NCBI GenBank assembly: GCA_964636785.1
Contig: CAZWVK010000002.1
Location: 3,347 to 67,346, forward strand
Reading direction: 5' to 3'
Length of the DNA stretch: 64,000 nucleotides
Origin: an uncultured Pseudobdellovibrionaceae bacterium
GTDB taxonomy: Bacteria; Bdellovibrionota; Bdellovibrionia; Bdellovibrionales; UBA1609
The position numbers and the translations under genes are program-made. Below the pieces are notes generated by a model. The model ran no database searches. It was not told the DNA's origin and saw nothing but the letters and a program-made list of their open reading frames with translations. Position 1 is the first letter of the stretch, and each line of letters begins with the position of its first letter. Shown here piece by piece: positions 26,967 through 35,996 of the stretch.

Positions 26967-28012
26967 TTCGACTGCGAAAGCACAGTCCAACCGCAAAGTT
27001 TAAAAAGAATTCGGGCGCCAACATTTCCATCCCATTCGGAATCCTTGCTTGGCGCCACTTCATTCAAATCAAAGCTGACAATTTTTCGACCGGATTCCAC
27101 CAAAGTTTTTAATAAATAATTGGCCTCTCCGAACTGAAGTCCGCCAGGAACAGGGGTTCCTGTATTGGGACAGAGCACAGGATCAAATCCATCAATATCA
27201 AATGAAATATGCACCTTTTTAGGGAGCTCACCCACGATCTTTTCGCTCATGCTTTTCCAGCTGGCTCCCGCGTAAAGTTCATTTTTAATGTTCTGATCAA
27301 AAAAAGTGGTGATGTCTGATCGCTCTTGAATAAGATCGAACTCTTCCTCACAGAAATCCCTAATTCCCACCTGAACGAGCTTTGCTGGCCGATGCTTCTT
27401 GTTCATCACATTGTACATAATGGAGGCGTGAGAGTGAGTGAATCCCTGATACGCATTTCTCAAATCCGCATGAGCATCGATGTGCAGAACGCCAATCTCA
27501 CCATGCTTCTCGCAGGACGCCTCTATAAGACCCTCTGGGCTTGAGTGATCTCCCCCAAGAACGGCTGGAATTTTCGAATGATTCAAGCTGGATTTGGAAG
27601 TTTCATACACCCATTGATTCACTTCCGCACAAGCTTCATTGATGGTTTCCAGGGATTTCTCCAATGATTTACTGAGGCGTCCCTTTTTCTCCAGGCTTTC
27701 ACGGATTTTTAGGGCCTCTTTCTTGAGTTGATTGTTCAGCTTTAACCATTTCTTTGAGATCGGAAGGAGGTGATAGCCCTTTTCATAACTCTTTCCCAAC
27801 TCCAAGTCGTAAAGATCAATTTGTGGAGAGGCATCGAGGACCGCTTGAGGACCCAATGCCGTGCCTTTTCCGTAAGAGGTCGTCACTTCCCATGGCACTG
27901 GTAAAATATGGATCAGAGAGTCATTGGAAGTTGGAATGCCGAACAATCCATCTTCGGAAGAGCCAGTTAAGCCAGGGTTAAAGCTTTGATCGTGTTTTTT
28001 TGACATCATCAT
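26963..28012 (-). CDS. Arginase-family ureohydrolase, agmatinase-like
   Basis: Mn-binding motifs GGDHS, HIDAHADL, SFDIDGFDP. 349 aa. speA lies elsewhere in the window. Confidence 0.8.
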   Translation of the reverse strand: MMMSKKHDQSFNPGLTGSSEDGLFGIPTSNDSLIHILPVPWEVTTSYGKGTALGPQAVLDASPQIDLYDLELGKSYEKGYHLLPISKKWLKLNNQLKKEALKIRESLEKKGRLSKSLEKSLETINEACAEVNQWVYETSKSSLNHSKIPAVLGGDHSSPEGLIEASCEKHGEIGVLHIDAHADLRNAYQGFTHSHASIMYNVMNKKHRPAKLVQVGIRDFCEEEFDLIQERSDITTFFDQNIKNELYAGASWKSMSEKIVGELPKKVHISFDIDGFDPVLCPNTGTPVPGGLQFGEANYLLKTLVESGRKIVSFDLNEVAPSKDSEWDGNVGARILFKLCGWTVLSQSN

Positions 28013-28151
28013 TTCCTTCTTACAAACTCCATTTTTTGAACCATTTCAGATACTTTGGTCAAAAAACAAAGCATTTCTTGATAATTGGTGAGCCTTGTAT
28101 AAATTGAGTGGGTTCGTTTTTAAATCCTTTTTTTGTGTGAAGGGAGCAGCG

Positions 28152-29804
28152 ATGCGAAATTCTCTTAAACTTTTAGTCTTAGTTCTGACGCTGGGTCTAG
28201 GCTCATCCATTCTGGCGGCCAAGCACCCTATGGTGATTGGAAATCCAGAGGCCCCTCGAGGTGGGACTTTTTATTCGAATTTGAACTCTGAACCAGAGTC
28301 GTTGAATCCCATCAACTCAACAGACCGTTATGCCTCAATAGTTCAGGCTTATGTTATGGATGGTCTTTTAACCTTGAATCCGGAAACCTATGAGCTTGAG
28401 CCGGGAATGGCTGAAAAATGGGAAGTTTCAAAAGATGGTATGACTTATACGTTCTTCATTCGAGATGGACTCCAGTTCTCAGATGGAAAACCAATCACAA
28501 TTGAGGACATCAAGTTTAGTTTTGAGAATGTTAAGGACCCAGCATACAAAGCAGCGCATAGGCTTCCTTATTACGAGAATATCAAATCGATTGAAATTGT
28601 TGATCCAAAAACGATCCGTTTTCATATGAACAAGAAGTACTTCAAGAATTTGGATGTTCTTGGAAGTGGTGGATTTTCTCCGATTGTTCCCAAGCATGTT
28701 TATGGCGATCCCAAAAAGATGGGCAGCAAGAATCTTGTAGGTTCTGGTCCTTACAAAGTTGAAAAGTACAACCGCGGGAAAAACATCACCCTGGTTCGTA
28801 ATGACAAATGGTGGGGGTATAAGGACGAACGATTCAAAGGAGCATTTAAATTCGATAAAATCTTCTATCGTTTTATCAAGGAAGAAAATCTTGAGCTTGA
28901 AATGGTCAAAAAGGGCAATCTCGATGTGATGACAACTACGCCTGAGGTTTTTGTTCAAAAAGCAGTCGGTGGGCCTTTTGGAAAGACAATTCTTAAACAT
29001 CAAATTGAGAACCAAGATCCTGGCACTAAAGGTTACAACTATGTTGGATGGAATTTTGAAAATCCGATGTTTCAGGATAAAAAAGTCCGCCATGCTCTTG
29101 TTCACCTGATGAATCGTAAGTTGATGAATGAGAAGTTTCGCTTCAATCTTTCTGATCTCGCAACAGGTCCAACTTATTATCGCAATGACTTCATTGCAGA
29201 TAAATCCATCAAGCCAATGGAGTTTGATCCGGCGAAAGCGGGAAAGCTCCTGAAGGAAGCGGGGTGGGCTGACAAAGATAAAAATGGAATTTTGGAAAAA
29301 ACAATTGATGGCAATAAGAAGGAATTTCGTTTCACACTTCTTCTCGCCAATCGAGACTCTGAAAAATACTACACCATGTACAAGGAAGACTTAAAAAAAG
29401 CTGGAATTCATATGGATATCAAAATCCTTGAGTGGAATGCTTTTTTGAAGCTTCTTGACGAAAAAAAATTCGAAGCGGTCACTTTGGGATGGTCCGTCGG
29501 AAGCTTAGAACAGGACTTAAAACAGATTTGGCATTCCGAGAGCGCGCAACCAGGTGGATCGAACTACATCAGTTATAAAAACCCTGAGGTTGATAAATTG
29601 ATCGATCAAGCGAGAGAAGAACTCGACAAAGATAAGCGTCGCAAGATGTGGCAAAAGGTTTATCGTTTAATTGCAGAAGATGCTCCATACGCGTTTATGT
29701 TCAGCACACGCTATGATCTATATTTGGTTAACAATCGAATTGGTATGATTGCTCCAACCTTAAAATATAGCCGCGGGCAAGATTATTGGTGGGTTACAAA
29801 GTAG
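28152..29804 (+). CDS. ABC peptide/opine-type substrate-binding protein (family 5, YejA/OppA-like)
   Basis: Signal peptide MRNSLKLLVLVLTLGLGSSILAA after ATG 28152 (GGGAG upstream). Length and composition fit SBP_bac_5. Followed by two permease genes. Confidence 0.88.
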   Translation: MRNSLKLLVLVLTLGLGSSILAAKHPMVIGNPEAPRGGTFYSNLNSEPESLNPINSTDRYASIVQAYVMDGLLTLNPETYELEPGMAEKWEVSKDGMTYTFFIRDGLQFSDGKPITIEDIKFSFENVKDPAYKAAHRLPYYENIKSIEIVDPKTIRFHMNKKYFKNLDVLGSGGFSPIVPKHVYGDPKKMGSKNLVGSGPYKVEKYNRGKNITLVRNDKWWGYKDERFKGAFKFDKIFYRFIKEENLELEMVKKGNLDVMTTTPEVFVQKAVGGPFGKTILKHQIENQDPGTKGYNYVGWNFENPMFQDKKVRHALVHLMNRKLMNEKFRFNLSDLATGPTYYRNDFIADKSIKPMEFDPAKAGKLLKEAGWADKDKNGILEKTIDGNKKEFRFTLLLANRDSEKYYTMYKEDLKKAGIHMDIKILEWNAFLKLLDEKKFEAVTLGWSVGSLEQDLKQIWHSESAQPGGSNYISYKNPEVDKLIDQAREELDKDKRRKMWQKVYRLIAEDAPYAFMFSTRYDLYLVNNRIGMIAPTLKYSRGQDYWWVTK

Positions 29805-29813
29805 AAATAATCT

Positions 29814-30842
29814 ATGCTTTGGAAATACTTTCTTAGACGACTTCTATTAATGATCCCGACACTGTTCGGGATCACAGTTATTTGCTTCATCGTGATTAAT
29901 CTTGCACCAGGAAGTCCTCTTGAGCAGAAGCTTGCTATGATCAAATTCGGATCTCAAGTTTCCGGTGGCGGAGCCGGAGGCGGTGGGGACTCGATGGTTT
30001 CTGAGCAGGTCATTGAAGCGCTGAAGGTTCAATATGGATTCGATAAGCCGCTTCATATGCGCTATCTGATCTGGCTTAAGAATATTTTAACTTTGGACTT
30101 TGGAGAAAGCTTCTCCTACGAGATGCCGGTTACTGAGCTTATCTTAGAAAAACTTCCGATCTCGCTTCAGTTCGGGCTAGCGTCTTTGATTTTGATTTAT
30201 ATAACCTGCATTCCACTAGGCATTGCAAAAGCAGTTCGAAATGGAACTCGATTTGATATGGCCTCGAGTGTTGTGCTAATGGTGCTCTATTCCATTCCAC
30301 CACTCACCTTAGGGATTCTACTTCGAATGTATTTTGCCGGAGGAGGGTTTTTAGATATTTTCCCTCTTGGAGAGGCTTATTCCGACAACTACTTTGAGTT
30401 AAGCACTTGGGGCAAGATGGTCGATCGCGCCCATCACTTTGTTCTTCCGCTGATTTGTTATGTCGTAAATAGCTTTACGGTTTTAACATTTCTGATGAAG
30501 AACTCTTTATTAGAAGAGGTTCGCCTGGATTATGTCCGTACGGCTCGTGCAAAAGGTTTAAACGAGCGAACCGTTATTTATAAACATGCATTAAGAAATG
30601 CATTGATTCCGATTTTAACAGGGCTTGGAAGCTTTCTAACTGTTTTCTTTGCGGGCTCTATTATTATTGAGCAAATGTTCAGCCTAGATGGCATGGGACT
30701 TCTTTCTTATAAATCGATTCTCGCTCGTGATTACAATGTGATTATGGCGTTGATATTTTTCCAGAGTGTTCTCGCCATGGTTGGGCGTTTGATTTCTGAT
30801 TTAACTTATGTGGCAGTGGATCCAAGGATAGATTTCCAATGA
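29814..30842 (+). CDS. ABC permease, YejB/OppB-like
   Basis: Multiple TM segments. EAA-like region VRTARAKGLNERTVIYKHALRNALIP. Gly-rich periplasmic insert GGGAGGGGD. Confidence 0.88.
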   Translation: MLWKYFLRRLLLMIPTLFGITVICFIVINLAPGSPLEQKLAMIKFGSQVSGGGAGGGGDSMVSEQVIEALKVQYGFDKPLHMRYLIWLKNILTLDFGESFSYEMPVTELILEKLPISLQFGLASLILIYITCIPLGIAKAVRNGTRFDMASSVVLMVLYSIPPLTLGILLRMYFAGGGFLDIFPLGEAYSDNYFELSTWGKMVDRAHHFVLPLICYVVNSFTVLTFLMKNSLLEEVRLDYVRTARAKGLNERTVIYKHALRNALIPILTGLGSFLTVFFAGSIIIEQMFSLDGMGLLSYKSILARDYNVIMALIFFQSVLAMVGRLISDLTYVAVDPRIDFQ

Positions 30843-31855
30843 TTGAACGTCGTATTAAGAATGATCTGACATTAAAGCGATATCGACGTTTCAAAAGCGT
30901 GAAGCGCGCAGTTTGGTCGACTTGGGTTTTTATATTTTTAATATTCTTAAGTATAACGGCTGAGTTTTGGGCAAATAATAAGCCGATCATTATGAGCCAT
31001 CAGGGCTCAATCTATTTTCCTGTTGTTAAGACCTATCATCCATCTGTTTTTAACCAGCCTGGCTTTGTAACCAACTATAGAGAACTAAGTGACGAAGATG
31101 GAGTTTGGGCCATTTGGCCTCCGGTGAGATGGAATCCATTGGAATCAAATCGAGAGCTCGAATCTTATCCAGCACCTCCATCCAATGTGAATCTTCTGGG
31201 AACGGATGATCGGGGACGGGATGTTTTATCCCGACTGATTTACGGCTTTAGGTACTCCATCGGATTTGCCGTCTTAGTTTGGTTTTTTTCTTATTTGGTT
31301 GGAATTGCTCTTGGTGGGAGCATGGGATTCTTTGGAGGAAAGATTGATCTTTTTGGCCAAAGGATTGTGGAAGTTTTCGACTCACTTCCTTACCTGCTCA
31401 TGCTTTTAACTCTGATTGCAATGCTTGGAGCCAGTCTTGAGCTATTGGTGCTCTTTTCGGTACTGCTTGGTTGGATGAGAATTTCTGCTTATATGAGAGC
31501 TGAATTTTTAAAATTGAGAAAACGGGATTTTGTGGATGCCGGGCGTGCACTTGGAGTGGGAACAGGTCGAATCCTAAGCCGACATATTCTTCCAAATGCC
31601 ATGGGTCCCATTATTACCTTTTCACCGATTGAGATTGCGGGTGGGATTTATACGCTAGCGATTCTTGATTACCTAGGTCTTGGGCTTCCGCCACCAACTC
31701 CGAGTTGGGGTGAGCTTCTTCAACAAGCGCAAAACTACTTCTCCATTGCATGGTGGCTTGGGGTTTTCCCATCCATTGCGATTATTATTTCGCTAACTTC
31801 ACTGACGTTCATTGGTGAAGGTGTGCGAGAGGCGTTTGATCCGCGCAAAACATAG
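30839..31855 (+). CDS. ABC permease, YejE/OppC-like
   Basis: LGTDDRGRDVLSRLIYG motif typical of OppC/DppC-type permeases. ATGA overlap with the upstream permease gene. Confidence 0.88.
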   Translation: MIERRIKNDLTLKRYRRFKSVKRAVWSTWVFIFLIFLSITAEFWANNKPIIMSHQGSIYFPVVKTYHPSVFNQPGFVTNYRELSDEDGVWAIWPPVRWNPLESNRELESYPAPPSNVNLLGTDDRGRDVLSRLIYGFRYSIGFAVLVWFFSYLVGIALGGSMGFFGGKIDLFGQRIVEVFDSLPYLLMLLTLIAMLGASLELLVLFSVLLGWMRISAYMRAEFLKLRKRDFVDAGRALGVGTGRILSRHILPNAMGPIITFSPIEIAGGIYTLAILDYLGLGLPPPTPSWGELLQQAQNYFSIAWWLGVFPSIAIIISLTSLTFIGEGVREAFDPRKT

Positions 31856-31890
31856 CGCATCTCCTACGATAGATTAGTTTTTTCTTATTC

Positions 31891-31965
31891 AGCACCACGG
31901 ACTCCTTTCATCGCCAGCATCTCGCTTTCAGCGAGAGCGCATCCTGCTTGCTGGAGGGTGCCTCT
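31891..31965 (+). repeat. Copy A of a roughly 70-nt GC-rich structured element (nested hairpin)
   Basis: ccagca (31914-31919) pairs with tgctgg (31949-31954). The inner stem tctcgc/gcgaga (31920-31936) has loop tttca. About 75-80% identical by eye to the reverse complement of 32125-32200. Confidence 0.7.
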
Positions 31966-32106
31966 AAAGAAAAATAAAATTTTGTAATCGATGCTTCCCG
32001 CTGGGGGGAGCGGGTGTTTCAGAAGGAGGGAAGTGAAAATGCGAATGAACTTCTTTCGCTGGAGCCAGCTTGGTGAAGAGGGAATGGAGATAAAGACAAA
32101 CTTAAA

Positions 32107-32228
32107 TCCTTATCGGATGTGAACTCATTAAATGCACCTCCAGCAAGCGTGAAGCGTTCTCGCCTGAGGCGAGATGCTGGCGAGGGCAGGAGCCCGTGTG
32201 CATTTAAAGAGTTCACATCCGATAAGGA
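32107..32228 (-). repeat. Copy B of the same element, inverted, embedded in 31-bp inverted-repeat arms (MITE/REP-like long hairpin)
   Basis: 32107-32137 tccttatcggatgtgaactcattaaatgcac pairs with 32198-32228 (30 of 31 positions). Inner core: ccagca/tgctgg (32140-45 and 32175-80) and tctcgcc-tga-ggcgaga (32158-32174). Confidence 0.75.
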
Positions 32229-32239
32229 AGTATCTGCCT

Positions 32240-34903
32240 TTAATTCCTTTTATTCTGTGTGCTCAGGGCTTTGCTTAGGATTTTCTGACATCTTTGGCCT
32301 TCTTCTTGGTCCTTGATGATTCGTTTTGCAAGTGAAGTGTCCATCATCTCTTGATTGGATTTTAAAAAACGACTCGACTGCGCAAGGCTTTGCGAAGAGC
32401 AAAGAGAGGGTCTTAAGCTGTAGAAGACTTGCTTTTCCGTCTCCTTCTTGTTTTTCAGAACTTCTTTAAAATCATTATAGAATTTTTCAGAGTACCTGGA
32501 TCGCAGTTCCTCTTGAGCCTTTGGAAATAGTCCGCCGAGTTCTGCCCAAAGCTCGTGAAGACTTTGATCTCCAGAACTCTGTTTGAAGCGCTCAATGGTT
32601 TTTAGCTTGTCCGGATATTCGAGAAGCATACTTTGAGACGAGACTGAAGAAAGTTTGCCGTTATAAGACGGATCGCTTTTGAGTTCAGCTTCGATGAGTT
32701 TATCAACCTCCGGAAAGCGGTGTGCGGCGAGTTGGCGAATCAAACTCCATCGTTTGTCTTGGTCAATTTTTAGCCCTTTGAAACGGATCTGGTTGGTAAG
32801 AATTTTAGCAACTCTCGCTAAGTTTTTTTCATTTCTCGCCAAGCGGACGTACGTATCAAACAAGCTCTTTTGAAACTCTGTTCCGGCGCGAGCCTTGCTT
32901 AAAATATCAAATACGACGGTTTGAAGTCGATTCATAAGTGTTTTCGTTTCAGAGAGATCCTTCAGAGCCGGCTTCTCAAAATAATCGAGTAAATCTCCGC
33001 CGCCACGTCGACTAACAATGATTCCTAGGAGATCTTCAAAAATCATTTCATTTCTTTCGCCAAGAAGGCCTTTTTCGATCAGCACATCCGTAAATGAAAA
33101 CAGATCTCTTTCACCATCGCGCACCTGATCCCAAAGTGCGTACCACACCATCTGTCTTAGCAGATCGTTTTTGACTCTGTTTACGTTCTGAATAAAGAAC
33201 TCGTTGGATACCCGATCCAATTTAATTTTGATGTACGCATGATCGCCGAAGTTCGGGTGAACTGCCTTTGGACATGGAATGTCTTGGATCTGAACTGAAG
33301 TTTCAGCACCAGTCATTAGAACATCCTGATTGTAACGAACAACGGCCTGACTTCCAGAATTATAGACAAATCCGACATTGAGGCGGTGAGATCTTAATGT
33401 TGGGTGTTCTTTTGGTGCGCTTTGTATCAGCTGTAAGCTTGAGAGTTTTCCGCTTTCGCACTTCCACTTCGCTTCAACGAGATTAAGGCCTGCAGTCTCA
33501 AGCCATTCCTTTTTCCAGAAGCTTAGGTCTGTTCCAGAAGCTTTAGAGAGTGATTGAATGAAATCATCAAGCCTTGTGTTTTTTTCCGCATAGGTTTGAA
33601 AATACTCTTTTAGGCCGTTTTGAAAATCTGTATTGCCAAGAAGATAATGAAGCTGCTTTAAAACAGCGGCTCCTTTGGCATAGGTGATTCCGTCAAAATT
33701 TGCTTTGGCCTGATCGGTATCATGGACCTCAGCAAGAATTGGGTGGGTTGTAGACATTTGATCTTCCCAGTATCCCCATCCCTTTGTTCCTAGAAAATCC
33801 TGCCAGGCCGTGGATTTGAATCTTGGATTTTGAGACAGAGCAACAGACGCCATATATGTTGCGAAGCTTTCATTGAGCCATAAATCATCCCACCACTTCA
33901 TTGTCACCAGATTTCCAAACCACATATGTGCCATTTCATGAAGAATCACATTGGCCTGATTTCTTAAAAGCTCTTCTGAATACTCACCACGAGAAATAAA
34001 TCTCTCTGTGAAAGTTACCGCTGCGACATTTTCCATGGCGCCCGAATTGAACTCAGGTGCGATCACCTGGTCATATTTTAAATAGGGATATGTGTATCCA
34101 AAATAGCTATTGAAGAATTTGAATCCAGCTTCAGTGGCACTAAACCAATCATTTGGGCGAACATACTGCGCAAGAGTCTGTCTTGCAAAAAGGCGAAGCG
34201 GAATTTTTCCTTTCCGCTCCCACTTCTTATATGGTCCGGCATGGAGGGAAATCAAATAGGTGCTGAACTTCTGACTCTCTGGAAAGCTCCACAGGACTTT
34301 TTCGTTTTCAGTGGGTGTTTTTTTATTTTCCCTTACAGATGTGATCACTTCCCAGTCCTTTGGAGCGATAACATTCATGGTGTAAGTGGCTTTGATATCT
34401 GGTTGATCAAAGGATGGAAACATTCGGCTTGCATAATAAGTTTCGAACTGAGTGTGAAGATAAGTTCTTTGATCTTCAGGGTCTGTAAAGCGATGAAGTC
34501 CTTTTCCATCATTTGCATATTTACGTTCATATTTTATCTGGATTTCGTTTCTACCAGATTGCAATTGGTTTTGAGGGATCGTTATAAAATGGCCATTGTA
34601 ATTGAGGGGTGTGGCTTGCCCGTTGGTTTTGATCTCAAAGAGGGTCGCATGCTGAAGATCAATTCTTAAATCCTGACTTGCATCCTTTAAATCAAAAAAT
34701 ATCTTTGTTGTTCCATCAAAGGTTTCTTTTTCCGATCCAATTTCTAAATCAATCGTGTACTGGACATTTTCAATTCGGGAGGCTCGAGATTTGGCTTCAT
34801 TCCAGGATAGGCTAGGTTCAAGGGGAAGCTCATTTTTCTTGGATAAATGAGAGCAGCTCGTTGAGATGAAGAAAAAAGTGAGTAGCAGAATCAAGTTTCT
34901 CAC
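32240..34903 (-). CDS. pepN: Aminopeptidase N (M1 family), probable lipoprotein
   Basis: GAMEN exopeptidase motif and HEMAHMWFGNLVTMKWWDDLWLNESFA zinc motif. GTG 34903 is preceded by GAGGAGG and gives the signal RNLILLLTFFFISTSC. Track start is TTG 34933. Confidence 0.9.
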   Translation of the reverse strand: MRNLILLLTFFFISTSCSHLSKKNELPLEPSLSWNEAKSRASRIENVQYTIDLEIGSEKETFDGTTKIFFDLKDASQDLRIDLQHATLFEIKTNGQATPLNYNGHFITIPQNQLQSGRNEIQIKYERKYANDGKGLHRFTDPEDQRTYLHTQFETYYASRMFPSFDQPDIKATYTMNVIAPKDWEVITSVRENKKTPTENEKVLWSFPESQKFSTYLISLHAGPYKKWERKGKIPLRLFARQTLAQYVRPNDWFSATEAGFKFFNSYFGYTYPYLKYDQVIAPEFNSGAMENVAAVTFTERFISRGEYSEELLRNQANVILHEMAHMWFGNLVTMKWWDDLWLNESFATYMASVALSQNPRFKSTAWQDFLGTKGWGYWEDQMSTTHPILAEVHDTDQAKANFDGITYAKGAAVLKQLHYLLGNTDFQNGLKEYFQTYAEKNTRLDDFIQSLSKASGTDLSFWKKEWLETAGLNLVEAKWKCESGKLSSLQLIQSAPKEHPTLRSHRLNVGFVYNSGSQAVVRYNQDVLMTGAETSVQIQDIPCPKAVHPNFGDHAYIKIKLDRVSNEFFIQNVNRVKNDLLRQMVWYALWDQVRDGERDLFSFTDVLIEKGLLGERNEMIFEDLLGIIVSRRGGGDLLDYFEKPALKDLSETKTLMNRLQTVVFDILSKARAGTEFQKSLFDTYVRLARNEKNLARVAKILTNQIRFKGLKIDQDKRWSLIRQLAAHRFPEVDKLIEAELKSDPSYNGKLSSVSSQSMLLEYPDKLKTIERFKQSSGDQSLHELWAELGGLFPKAQEELRSRYSEKFYNDFKEVLKNKKETEKQVFYSLRPSLCSSQSLAQSSRFLKSNQEMMDTSLAKRIIKDQEEGQRCQKILSKALSTQNKRN

Positions 34904-35036
34904 GAAGGGACCTCCTCGAATGAATTGAAGCAATCTATGAAATTTCTTTACAAAAGAACAGAGCAGGCATGTGTTTTGAACATAACGTCATAATATGAGC
35001 AAAGCGCAAAATGAACGATGGTTAGAAGGAGGACTC

Positions 35037-35996
35037 ATGAATAATTTTCGAGAGTGTCGAAGAGTTAGCTGGTGGTCCATTCTGTCGACCGGCCTGTTTG
35101 TCGCATTTGCCGCGCTGGCCAGTGCCCTAATTGGACGAGCTGTCGCCTCCGCCGATCCCGTGGTCTCTCCTCTATCTATCCACCCGGGGAACCCTCCAGA
35201 AGGGCGAATGAGCTTGTCCATTGATCAAGAGAATTATGAGTGTAAGGGTCAGGTTTCTCCTGGCGAAGTTTCAATTTTGGAATGTGGAGAACAGCGGCAA
35301 GCGCAAGCGGAGTTTAAGCCCTTCAATGAGAATAAAAATGGTGTTCTTGCAGTTTATCAGTCGGGGAAGCAATCAGGTGCACTTTTCCTCATGGAGCGAC
35401 AGGGGCAGACATTCGCAGTTCTTGGATTCAGTCCGGTCACAATTCCTGGTTTTGGCAGCCTCAAGGTTTTCGAAACTTATATTATAAACCCTATGAAATC
35501 AGATCTTTCGGAAGACGAAATCTTTCAGACTCTCCCATCCTTTATTCGCTCTCTTGGTGCCAATGTGAATATTTCGACTTTAAGGGATAAGGTCGCCAAT
35601 AAGGAGTATAAAAGCTTTGTCGTGAAGGAGGAAGCGGCCAGGTCCGTAAACCCCAAGACCAACCCATCTCCAGTCACAGAGAAAAGGAACTCCATCGAAG
35701 CCGAGACAAATTCCGAAATTGAGAGGGAATTAGAAATAGAGGCAAAACCTAAAAAAGATCCGGTCCCCACTAAGAAGCCCAAGGTTTCTCGAAAGCCAGT
35801 AAAGAAAAAGACGACCACTATTCGTATTCAGCGCGGGCCTTATCAGTACGAAGAGGTTGAGGTGCCCAGAAACGATGGAGATTTCTTTGGATCTCCGCGA
35901 AGAGTGATTAAAAATCCGCACGGATACAATCTTAAAAATCTAAGTCTCAAAGAGATCGAGGAACTTGAGCGACGCGGTCTTATTTATAGAGATTAG
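35037..35996 (+). CDS. Hypothetical secreted protein with a Lys/Glu-rich C-terminal half
   Basis: ATG 35037 with AGGAGG 5 nt upstream. Signal-like WWSILSTGLFVAFAALASALIG. I recognise no family. Confidence 0.5.
   Translation: MNNFRECRRVSWWSILSTGLFVAFAALASALIGRAVASADPVVSPLSIHPGNPPEGRMSLSIDQENYECKGQVSPGEVSILECGEQRQAQAEFKPFNENKNGVLAVYQSGKQSGALFLMERQGQTFAVLGFSPVTIPGFGSLKVFETYIINPMKSDLSEDEIFQTLPSFIRSLGANVNISTLRDKVANKEYKSFVVKEEAARSVNPKTNPSPVTEKRNSIEAETNSEIERELEIEAKPKKDPVPTKKPKVSRKPVKKKTTTIRIQRGPYQYEEVEVPRNDGDFFGSPRRVIKNPHGYNLKNLSLKEIEELERRGLIYRD

Noticed and set aside
28079-28105. TTGATA ... TATAAA promoter-like hexamers upstream of the first ABC operon
   Set aside because: The spacer is only about 14 nt by my count, which is too short for a confident sigma-70 call without experimental support.
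32019-32316. Two 65-aa ORFs (32019-32216 minus, 32119-32316 plus), both starting MNSLNA and containing F.EFTSDK
   Set aside because: Their similarity comes from translating the two arms of the 31-bp inverted repeat. They overlap each other and the repeat element, and the plus-strand ORF also runs into the pepN 3' end. They are not credible genes.
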